A stretch of 32,021 nt of DNA from a virus (lineage: Duplodnaviria; Heunggongvirae; Uroviricota; Caudoviricetes), in the IMG/VR virus record IMGVR_UViG_2531839667_000012; one strand, 5' to 3'. Below the pieces are notes generated by a model. The model had not been told where the DNA came from and did no database searches. It saw only the letters and a program-made list of their open reading frames with translations. The translations under genes were made by a program, and so were the position numbers. Numbering within the stretch: the stretch's first letter is position 1; each line of letters starts with the position of its first letter. Below are positions 24,677-32,021 of the stretch, piece by piece.

Positions 24677-24847
24677 ATGTCAAGTGAAAAGGCTAAAACA
24701 GATCAGTACCAACTTCGTCTTGCTCATGAATTTAGAAAGCAGCTTGAAGAACAGGCTCGTAAAGATGGAGATACCTCTCTCGCAACATGGATAAAACGCG
24801 TTTTGCGTAAGGAACTTCAGTCACGAGGTATTGAACCCAAAGGATAA
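24677..24847 (+). CDS. Arc/MetJ-type ribbon-helix-helix repressor (56 aa; below the ORF-track size cutoff)
   Basis: Hand translation MSSEKAKTDQYQLRLAHEFRKQLEEQARKDGDTSLATWIKRVLRKELQSRGIEPKG; QYQLRLAHEF...SLATWIKRVL resembles Arc beta-strand and helices. Confidence 0.6.
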   Translation: MSSEKAKTDQYQLRLAHEFRKQLEEQARKDGDTSLATWIKRVLRKELQSRGIEPKG

Positions 24848-24948
24848 TTACGGAGATATCAAGCAGCGCTAAGAAGTTAGGATTATTTGTTCAGCCCAGA
24901 TTAGTCGATATGCACTGATTAACTTAAACATTGTGTGTAGGAGGTGTT

Positions 24949-25602
24949 GTGGATATTGAATTTTTTCTTAAAGAGCGCACAAGATTCGTTACTTATTTCT
25001 ATGAAACGGCTGCTGCACCATTTGTTAACATCATGAATGATATTGAGAATGAAGTGGAACCTTATATTCAGCCGTATGGTGAGAGTGATGAACCAGCTTT
25101 TTTAGATGAATGGTTAGATGCAAAGTCGGGATTAGAAACCTGTGGGCACCATGCATTATCGATGCTTTCGTCTTCTCTTCAGTTGTACCTGAAGGCGTGG
25201 GTAGATCGCTTAGGATATCATAGCGTGAAATCTGATATAAATTTCAAGAAGGGTTGGTTTAATGGCTATCGTGAAATTTTCAACAAAATTGAGTTGGAAA
25301 TGGCAAAATGTCCTGCAAATTTGGAAATAATTGAACAAATTCCCTTGGTGAGAAATCGTGTCCAGCATCCTGAGGAACTTACCTCAATTAATATTTCTCA
25401 CTCAAAAAATGACTTGGAAAAATATCCTCGCCCATACTTTATTCAGGAGTGTGAGCTACTTTTGGCTTCCGAACAGGAAGAAAAATCGTGGTTATTCCCA
25501 CCTACAATATCCCCGACTAAAGAGAAAATATTCGAAGCTATCAGAAATGTTGAAATGCTGTGCTCTTGGTTAGAGTCTGAGTATTGGTCGGCTCTTGACT
25601 AA
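24949..25602 (+). CDS. Hypothetical protein, AT-rich cargo gene under the Arc-like regulator
   Basis: ORF in the track starts at TTG 24931; GTG 24949 follows a GGAGG SD (short spacing). About 217-223 aa; no motif recognised. Confidence 0.5.
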   Translation: MDIEFFLKERTRFVTYFYETAAAPFVNIMNDIENEVEPYIQPYGESDEPAFLDEWLDAKSGLETCGHHALSMLSSSLQLYLKAWVDRLGYHSVKSDINFKKGWFNGYREIFNKIELEMAKCPANLEIIEQIPLVRNRVQHPEELTSINISHSKNDLEKYPRPYFIQECELLLASEQEEKSWLFPPTISPTKEKIFEAIRNVEMLCSWLESEYWSALD

Positions 25603-25637
25603 ATGTAGAATAGAGTAAGTCAGCGTCAAATGAAAAC

Positions 25638-25655
25638 AGCCCGACGAATCGGGCT
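25638..25655. terminator. Hairpin between convergent genes (candidate bidirectional terminator)
   Basis: AGCCCGA-cgaa-TCGGGCT stem-loop; T-run follows on the minus strand (GTTTTCA), weaker on the plus strand. Confidence 0.5.
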
Positions 25656-25691
25656 ATTATGGCTATCAGGCAAACACTACCTTCAAACTCA

Positions 25692-25928
25692 TTATGCCGC
25701 CTCAATACCCGCTCTGGTTAACATATAGTGGCCCCAGTGGGTTTTCTTCAGATAACCGGCCAGTTCCATCTGTGTCACAATAAATTCAGCGTTAACTATT
25801 TCTATATCTGCGTAGTCGGCCAGATCGCGCAGCGGCCATGTGCTGCGAACTCCGACGCTAACTATGGTATCTCTGATGCGGCGAGCGGTATCGGTCATTG
25901 GGCGGGTTCTGGCTGCCTGAATAGTCAT
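25692..25928 (-). CDS. Hypothetical small protein downstream of L
   Basis: Start chosen at ATG 25928 (MTIQAART...) with GGGGA upstream; ORF track begins at a GTG (25967). Confidence 0.4.
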   Translation of the reverse strand: MTIQAARTRPMTDTARRIRDTIVSVGVRSTWPLRDLADYADIEIVNAEFIVTQMELAGYLKKTHWGHYMLTRAGIEAA

Positions 25929-26043
25929 GGTATTTTCCCCTGTAAGTTCTTTCGTTGGGTCAGACACTAACTCTGGTGGGGAAGGGGCATCCAGCGTTCA
26001 GATGAGGCGATACGGTGATGCGCATCGCATATCCGTACTCTTT

Positions 26044-26511
26044 TTATACCAGAACAAACGTGCTACGCGGCTTGCCCAGAATATCCCGCACTGCGAAGCG
26101 GGCATCGCGCGCCAGATCGTCGGCGGTGCTTTCCTTTTGTTCCACCAGTTTGCTGCCGTGGGCGGTGGCATCAAAGTTACGGTAGCGTTCCAGCAGGTTT
26201 GCGTGCGTCAGGCTGTACACCGCGTGGCGGTAGCGGTGCAGGTTAACGCTTGCGCCGTCCAGTCGTTCGGTCGTGGTTTCCGCAATGCAAGTTGTGCCAC
26301 GGTTTTCCTGTTCCAGCCGCCATTCCCGCAGGTCGTCGTTTACGCTGGCCAGCGCAATCAGCAGCGCCTCGCGCAGCCGTTCGTTGGTGACGGTGCTGTC
26401 CAGCCGTTGGGTCGCACGCAGATGTTGCGTATCAATATCGGGAAAGAAAGGGTGGTTGCTGATAACCAGCCCCGGCAGACTGGCGGCGGGGGCAACCTGA
26501 ATAAAGCTCAT
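26044..26511 (-). CDS. L: Head completion/stabilisation protein (P2 gpL-like)
   Basis: Start chosen at ATG 26511 (MSFIQVAPAAS...) with AGGGAG upstream; about 155 aa. Confidence 0.75.
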   Translation of the reverse strand: MSFIQVAPAASLPGLVISNHPFFPDIDTQHLRATQRLDSTVTNERLREALLIALASVNDDLREWRLEQENRGTTCIAETTTERLDGASVNLHRYRHAVYSLTHANLLERYRNFDATAHGSKLVEQKESTADDLARDARFAVRDILGKPRSTFVLV

Positions 26512-26596
26512 TATATTCTCCCTGTTCGGCGGTGGACGGCGGGCGTTGCAGTGGTATAACCACGCGCGGCCAGCCGTGCCGCCGGTCGTGAGGGTC

Positions 26597-27250
26597 TCAC
26601 TCGGTAGGCTGACTGTTGCGAATTTGTCGCTCCAGTTGCTCAATCAGTTTTTTCACGCCGACGTTCTCATCCAGTTGTAGCGCGCGCTGGAACTGCGCCA
26701 GCGCCTCCTGCGGCTGGCTTTCGCTGTGTGCCAGCCCCAATGCCTTGTGCAGGCGGGCGCGAACCTGATCCGGCATGTCTTGGGAGGCTAACAGTCCGGC
26801 AAAGGCCAGCAGGCTGTCCAGCGCCACAAAGGTACCGGCGGCAAGCTGTTTCAGAGCGGTATCGGCAACCTCTTCAGCCACCATGCAGGCGGTCTGCCGT
26901 TGGTACTGATCCGGCGTTACCCAGCTGTGTTTCAGGGCGTGTTCCGCCATGGGGTAGGCAGCGGGAAAGTCGCCGGTATCCAGCGTCCAGAGCAGCACCG
27001 TCATAAACACATCGTCCTGATGCTTGCTGTCAGCGGCCAGAACGCCGCTTACCCACGGCTGGTAATCGGGCAGCAGTTCACCCTTAACCTCGATTTTACG
27101 TTCAATGGACTGGATCGCTTTCAGGCGGCGTTTATCGGTTGCCAGCTTTGCCAGCATCAGTTCATAGCCGCTGGCGTAGGTCTGGTTTTCCTGTTGATTT
27201 GCGGCCTGCGCCTGATGGCGCAACAGGTGGCGGCGGGCAGGCGTCATCAT
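26597..27250 (-). CDS. M: Terminase small subunit (P2 gpM-like)
   Basis: 217 aa; sequence resembles P2 M as I recall it; position after N. Confidence 0.85.
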   Translation of the reverse strand: MMTPARRHLLRHQAQAANQQENQTYASGYELMLAKLATDKRRLKAIQSIERKIEVKGELLPDYQPWVSGVLAADSKHQDDVFMTVLLWTLDTGDFPAAYPMAEHALKHSWVTPDQYQRQTACMVAEEVADTALKQLAAGTFVALDSLLAFAGLLASQDMPDQVRARLHKALGLAHSESQPQEALAQFQRALQLDENVGVKKLIEQLERQIRNSQPTE

Positions 27251-28266
27251 GCGTCTTTATCCTCAAACTTAATGTTTTCAAACAGGCAGCCGCAGCCGAA
27301 GTCTTCCACCACAAATGCATCGTTGGAGGACTCGAAGTTCTCTACCCGGTCACGTTTGGGGTTATCAATAATGGCGCGGCGGCGGGTGCCTTTCTGGACA
27401 TAGATAGACAGGTTGCTGAAGGCGGTGACCAGAATGGTGTTGCGCGGGAAACCCGGCACGCGCACGGCAGGGCGTCCGCCGATGGTTTTCTGGCTGACCA
27501 GAATCTGCCCCGCCAGTTTTTCGCTGTTTTCATTGTGCTGGTTGAGGATCGGGAAGTATTTGTCGTGCAGGACGCCACGGCCACAAATGGCGACCAGATC
27601 TGCGCCGTCGACGTGCCATTCGTCAATCAGGTTTTCTTCGCCGTCATTGACCATGGCGTCCAGATTCTCATAGTCGCCGCCTTTGCCAATGATGATTTTG
27701 CCGGAACCTTCCACACCTTCGTTCATGACGCGTTCCGGGGCGTGGTCGCGGTACTGTTGCAGCCAGCCCTTGTTAACGTCCTGTAGAAGGGGGTAACGCT
27801 GGAAGTCGGTCTGGGCGGCAACGAGGATACCGTTGAAGCCAATCAGGATGCGGTCTAATCCCTGTCGCCGGGTGATGCTGTCGCGCACGCGGATCTGAAA
27901 ATCCGGGTGCACGGCCCATGCGTCCAGTTTGGCGTATTTCAGCGCGGTGTCGTAGTTGGTTTTTTCGCAGCGGTAACGATTAGTCGTCATCGACGTGGGG
28001 TCGATGGGTTCACGCTCACGCTGGCTGGTATCGGTGCGACTGGCCGTGGGGCGATCAATGCCGATACCGACTTTTTCACCTTCCTGATCCACCACTTCAT
28101 GGACGTTGATTTTGGTCAGGAACTCCACGGACGCCTGAATTTTAGTTTCCAGCGTCTGCTGTACGGAAGGTTCTACCGTGAATTCGACGGCGGCGCTCTG
28201 GACACCGGACAGCCCGGCGACGGTTTCAACGTAAGCGTTGTATTTTAAGCGGGTTTCGTTACGCAT
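27247..28266 (-). CDS. N: Major capsid protein (P2 gpN-like)
   Basis: 339 aa; position between O and M. Confidence 0.9.
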   Translation of the reverse strand: MRNETRLKYNAYVETVAGLSGVQSAAVEFTVEPSVQQTLETKIQASVEFLTKINVHEVVDQEGEKVGIGIDRPTASRTDTSQREREPIDPTSMTTNRYRCEKTNYDTALKYAKLDAWAVHPDFQIRVRDSITRRQGLDRILIGFNGILVAAQTDFQRYPLLQDVNKGWLQQYRDHAPERVMNEGVEGSGKIIIGKGGDYENLDAMVNDGEENLIDEWHVDGADLVAICGRGVLHDKYFPILNQHNENSEKLAGQILVSQKTIGGRPAVRVPGFPRNTILVTAFSNLSIYVQKGTRRRAIIDNPKRDRVENFESSNDAFVVEDFGCGCLFENIKFEDKDA

Positions 28267-28276
28267 CGGGGGTTCC

Positions 28277-29104
28277 TTAACAGTCGGTTTTCAGGTCGGT
28301 GTTGCCACCGGTGGCAGGCTGGCGCGATGGTGTGGCCGGTTGCTTTGCAAGCTGAGTTTTCAGCGTGGAATAATCGGCCTGTAGCTGCTGATGCTGCGTT
28401 TGCAGTTCAGACAGCTCAGCGCGAATTTGGTCGACCTGTTCGCTACAGAACGTCGCTACTTCCTCCACCGCCAGATGCACGTCGTCCCGTTGCTGGTCGT
28501 CGTGGTTCTGCTTTTTACTTAACAGCGCCTTGATGCGGGTAAACAGCGATTCGCCGCTGCTTTCCTCCACTTCTTCAAACTCCAGTTCAATCTCTTCTGC
28601 CACGCTGAAAATGTTCTTCGGCGAGCGCTTACGCGCCGCCAGCGGGTTGCTCTGCGCGCTGGCGCAGAAGGAGAGCATTTCGGTGCCGAGACTGGCCGGA
28701 TCGTCGGTGACTGCCAGCCCGACCAGATAGGCTTTGCCTGTATCGGCAAATTTCGGATCGACTTCCACCGAGGTATAAACCTTCTGCCCTTTGCGGTTCA
28801 TTTCGACCAATGAATCCGTTGGGGCCAGACGTGCCAGCAGCGCCAGTTTGCCTTTCAGGGGGCCGTCTTCGGCGATCTCTTCTTTCTTCACCATCGCCAC
28901 GTCGCCGTAGCGCTGGAACGGGCCGTCCGGCAGGATGCCTTTCAGGTGCTCCAGATTAATGCGCGCGCCGTACACTTTTGGGCTGTATGTATCGGCCATT
29001 TGCTCGATCCACTGGCGTTCAATAGTGCGCTTGTCGCAGGTTGCGCCTTCTACGGCGATACGCACCCATTTAGAGAGCAGTTTTTTCTTTGGCTTTTTGT
29101 CCAT
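28277..29104 (-). CDS. O: Capsid scaffolding protein (P2 gpO-like)
   Basis: 275 aa; first gene of the leftward capsid operon, divergent from P. Confidence 0.85.
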   Translation of the reverse strand: MDKKPKKKLLSKWVRIAVEGATCDKRTIERQWIEQMADTYSPKVYGARINLEHLKGILPDGPFQRYGDVAMVKKEEIAEDGPLKGKLALLARLAPTDSLVEMNRKGQKVYTSVEVDPKFADTGKAYLVGLAVTDDPASLGTEMLSFCASAQSNPLAARKRSPKNIFSVAEEIELEFEEVEESSGESLFTRIKALLSKKQNHDDQQRDDVHLAVEEVATFCSEQVDQIRAELSELQTQHQQLQADYSTLKTQLAKQPATPSRQPATGGNTDLKTDC

Positions 29105-29176
29105 AACGTTCAGTCCCGGCGTTGGCTAAATAAGCGAATGGTCGGGTAGTCCTCCGCTATCAGGCAACGGGCTTCG

Positions 29177-29199
29177 CTTGTAATCATCCGGGTTACAAG
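29177..29199. promoter_or_regulatory. Ogr-box dyad (CTTGTA-N11-TACAAG) in the divergent O/P promoter region
   Basis: cttgtaatcatccgggttacaag, 73 bp from the O start and 61 bp from the P start. Confidence 0.55.
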
Positions 29200-29259
29200 C
29201 GGCATTGCTACGCGCAGGCAGCGGCTTGTTTACGCTGACGGCAGAAACGAGAGGACGTT

Positions 29260-31044
29260 ATGCCGCCAGACATCGAAAAACATCTGCTTGCCCTTCAGGA
29301 TGAAGATCCACGCCGCAAAGCCCGCTATCTGTACTGGCAGGGTTTTCGCATCGCGCGGATCGCCGAACTGTTGGGGGTGAAAGTTACCACGCTGCATAGC
29401 TGGAAGCGGCGCGACGGCTGGGATGAATCCGCCCCGCTGGAGCGGGTGACGGCGGTGACCGAGGCGCGTCTGATCCAGCTCACGGTGAAGGAAAATAAAG
29501 AGGGGAAGGATTTTAAGGAGATCGATTTGCTCTGGCGGCAGATGGAGCGCGGGGCAAGGGTTGAACGCTATCAGCAGGGAGGCAATGAGGTCGACCTGAA
29601 TCCTGCTCTTGCGAAGCGTAACGCCGGGCCGCGCAGACAGCCGGAAACCAACCATATCAGCGAGGAGCAGGCGGAGAAGCTGAAACAGCTATTTCTGGAC
29701 GGGCTGTATCCGCACCAGAAACACTGGTACCGCGCCGGACTGGAACACCGTATCCGCGATATCAACAAGTCGCGCCAGATTGGGGCGACGATGTTCTTTG
29801 GGCGGGAAGGGTTTATGGATGCGGTGGAAAGTGGGCGCAACCAGATCTTTCTCTCTGCTTCCAAAGCGCAGGCGCACCAGTTCCGCCAGTACATTGTCGA
29901 TTTTGCTCGTGAGGCGGATGTTGAGCTGAAAGGCGAAGTCATTCACCTGCCGCATAATGATAGCCGGATGTATTTTCTCGGCACTAATGCCCGCACCGCC
30001 CAGACCTATCATGGCAACCTGTATCTGGATGAATACTTCTGGATACACCGCTTTCTGGAACTGCGCCGTAACGCGGCGGGGATGGCCAGCCAGAAGCGCT
30101 GGCGGCAAACCTACTTCTCCACGCCGTCCAGCATCACCCATGAAGCCTATAAGTTCTGGACAGGGCAACTGTTCAACAAGGGCAGGCCGAAGAGCGAACA
30201 GATTCGACTGGATATCAGCCATCGGGCGCTGTCGGCAGGGCGGTTGTGTGAAGACGGCCAGTGGCGGCAAATCGTCACCGTTGAGGATGCCATCAATCAG
30301 GGTTATGACCTGTTCGACCTTGAGCAACTCAGGCTGGAGAACTCGCCGGAAGAGTTCGCCAACCTGTTTATGTGCCAGTTTATTGACGATACCGCATCGG
30401 TATTCCCGCTCAGCATGTTGCAGGGTTGCATGGTCGATAGCTGGGAAGTCTGGGACGACTACAAGCCGTTTGCCCTGCGTCCGCTCGGCGAACGCTCGGT
30501 ATGGGTGGGCTACGATCCGGCGTTAAGCGGCGACAGCGCCGGATGCGTGGTGGTCGCGCCGCCGGTCATTGAGGGCGGCAAGTTTCGGGTAATTGAAAAG
30601 CACCAGTGGCACGGGATGGACTTCGCGGCGCAGGCGGAGAATATCCGCAAAATTACCGAGCGCTATAACGTGACGTACATCGGCATTGACGTGACCGGTA
30701 TCGGCCACGGCGTGCATCAACTGGTGAAACAGTTCTTCCCGGCAGTGCAGGCATTCTCTTATTCCCCGGAAGTGAAACAGCGTCTGGTGCTGAAAACGCT
30801 GGACGTTGTCCGTAAACACCGACTGGAGTTTGACGCTGGATGGACGGATCTGGCGCAGGCATTTATGGCGATCCGCAAAACCCTGACCCCGTCCGGGCGT
30901 CAGGTGACCTTCGAGGCCAGCCGTTCGGAAGAAGTCTCCCACGCGGATCTGGCATGGGCGTGCATGCACGCCATTATCAATGAACCACTGGAAAGCTCTG
31001 GCGGCGCGAACAGCGGGCGGGGCTTAATTAAGGTGTATGGATGA
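29260..31044 (+). CDS. P: Terminase large (ATPase) subunit (P2 gpP-like)
   Basis: 594 aa, close to the P2 gpP size; stop overlaps the Q start (ATGA). Confidence 0.85.
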   Translation: MPPDIEKHLLALQDEDPRRKARYLYWQGFRIARIAELLGVKVTTLHSWKRRDGWDESAPLERVTAVTEARLIQLTVKENKEGKDFKEIDLLWRQMERGARVERYQQGGNEVDLNPALAKRNAGPRRQPETNHISEEQAEKLKQLFLDGLYPHQKHWYRAGLEHRIRDINKSRQIGATMFFGREGFMDAVESGRNQIFLSASKAQAHQFRQYIVDFAREADVELKGEVIHLPHNDSRMYFLGTNARTAQTYHGNLYLDEYFWIHRFLELRRNAAGMASQKRWRQTYFSTPSSITHEAYKFWTGQLFNKGRPKSEQIRLDISHRALSAGRLCEDGQWRQIVTVEDAINQGYDLFDLEQLRLENSPEEFANLFMCQFIDDTASVFPLSMLQGCMVDSWEVWDDYKPFALRPLGERSVWVGYDPALSGDSAGCVVVAPPVIEGGKFRVIEKHQWHGMDFAAQAENIRKITERYNVTYIGIDVTGIGHGVHQLVKQFFPAVQAFSYSPEVKQRLVLKTLDVVRKHRLEFDAGWTDLAQAFMAIRKTLTPSGRQVTFEASRSEEVSHADLAWACMHAIINEPLESSGGANSGRGLIKVYG

Positions 31045-32021
31045 ATAACGCAATGGCTTTCACCTTCGGTGAACCCGAAGCCCTGCTGGACAGGCGGGAA
31101 ATACTGAACTATCTGGAGTGCGTAGACTTTGGCAAATGGTATGCGCCGCCGGTGGATTTTAATTCGCTGGCGCTGTCGTTCCGCGCTTCGGCGCATCATA
31201 CCAGCCCGATCTGCGTGAAGCGCAATGTGCTGGTTGGTACCTTCATACCTCATCCGTTGTTGACCCGGCAGGCGTTCAGCCGCCTTGCGCTGGACTATCT
31301 GGTGTTCGGTAATGCCTATCTGGAGCGGCAGGATAACCGGCTGGGCCAGCCGTTAACGCTGGTGCCTGCGCTGGCGAAGTATGTCCGGCGCGGCAAGGCG
31401 CTGGACAGCTATTTCTTTGTTCAGCCCGGTAAAGTGGATCATGAGTTTGCGTCGGGCAGTATCGGCCACCTGCTGGAGCCGGATATCAATCAGGAAATCT
31501 ACGGCCTGCCTGAATACCTCTCTGCGCTGAACGCGGCATGGCTGGATAACTCCGCCACGCTGTTTCGCCGTCGCTACTACAAGAACGGCAGTCATGCCGG
31601 TTTCATCCTCTACCTGAGCGACCCTGCCCATAACGAGGCGGATATTGGGGCGTTACAGGAGGCGCTGGCGAACAGCCGTGGCCCCGGCAACTTCCGCAAT
31701 CTGCTGATGTATCTGCCGAACGGCAAACCGGACAGCGTAAAGGTGATCCCGATTGGCGAGGTGGCGGCGAAAGATAACTTCTCCGATATCAAGAGCGTCA
31801 GCCGTGACGACCAGTTAGCCGCGCACCGGGTACCGCCCGCGCTCATGGGCGTGGTACCGAGTAACGCCGGTGGCTTCGGCGACGCTATCAAAGCGGCGAA
31901 GGTATTCAACTGCAATGAGATCGAGCCGCTGCAGGAACGCTTTAAAGAACTGAACGACTGGCTGGGGCTGGAGGTTATTCGCTTCAAAAAGTACCGCCTT
32001 GCCGACGACGATTCAGAGTAA
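31041..32021 (+). CDS. Q: Portal protein (P2 gpQ-like)
   Basis: 326 aa; follows P; stop codon is the last three bases of the window. Confidence 0.8.
   Translation: MNNAMAFTFGEPEALLDRREILNYLECVDFGKWYAPPVDFNSLALSFRASAHHTSPICVKRNVLVGTFIPHPLLTRQAFSRLALDYLVFGNAYLERQDNRLGQPLTLVPALAKYVRRGKALDSYFFVQPGKVDHEFASGSIGHLLEPDINQEIYGLPEYLSALNAAWLDNSATLFRRRYYKNGSHAGFILYLSDPAHNEADIGALQEALANSRGPGNFRNLLMYLPNGKPDSVKVIPIGEVAAKDNFSDIKSVSRDDQLAAHRVPPALMGVVPSNAGGFGDAIKAAKVFNCNEIEPLQERFKELNDWLGLEVIRFKKYRLADDDSE

Larger units (their letters stand above)
1..32021. mobile_element. P2-like prophage/phage genome segment with a P4-like integration/replication module and four cargo insertions; ends not in window
   Basis: Syntenic P2 late-gene set (Q,P,O,N,M,L,X,lysis,R,S,V,W,J,I,H,G,FI,FII,E,T,U,D,ogr) recognised from protein sequences; integrase at the left edge. 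No att sites or cos identified. Confidence 0.85.

Noticed and set aside
29689-30969. Minus-strand ORFs (212 aa at 29689-30327; 148 aa at 30523-30969) and plus-strand 189-aa ORF at 29957-30526 within the terminase gene
   Set aside because: Alternative frames or antisense of the terminase large subunit; no support for independent genes.
1-32021. CRISPR arrays, rRNA and tRNA genes
   Set aside because: No regularly spaced short direct repeats with unique spacers and no tRNA-like cloverleaf region were apparent by eye; a tRNA/tmRNA att target, if present, probably lies outside the window next to int. A tRNAscan/Aragorn run would be needed for certainty.

Overview
The window is almost entirely a P2-like (peduovirus-type) prophage or phage genome from an enterobacterial-looking host, read mostly on the minus strand. 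From right to left it carries a near-complete late region: terminase P and portal Q (plus strand), then O-N-M-L capsid genes, X, a lysis cassette (holin, second membrane protein, endolysin, LysB/LysC spanins), R, S, V-W-J-I baseplate, tail fibre H and G, FI-FII sheath/tube, E/E' (with the -1 frameshift), tape measure T, U, D and an Ogr-type late activator. The left 4.5 kb is a P4/satellite-like module (tyrosine integrase, AlpA/Vis-like protein, zinc-finger/toprim/P-loop primase) whose relationship to the P2-like backbone (mosaic phage versus adjacent satellite) cannot be settled from this window. Four cargo loci interrupt the backbone. The most interesting is an AT-rich operon between ogr and D (5101-7307, plus strand) encoding an XRE regulator, a membrane-anchored WYL-domain protein, a minimal TIR-like protein and a caspase-like (peptidase C14) protein; I read this as a candidate TIR-signalling/caspase anti-phage or cell-death system. 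The others are a Dam methylase plus an unknown gene at the Z/fun position (G-FI), a hicAB toxin-antitoxin pair between V and S, and an Arc-like RHH repressor plus an AT-rich unknown gene between X and L. All family assignments are from reading motifs by eye; no database search was run, and coordinates of small motifs were counted by hand.
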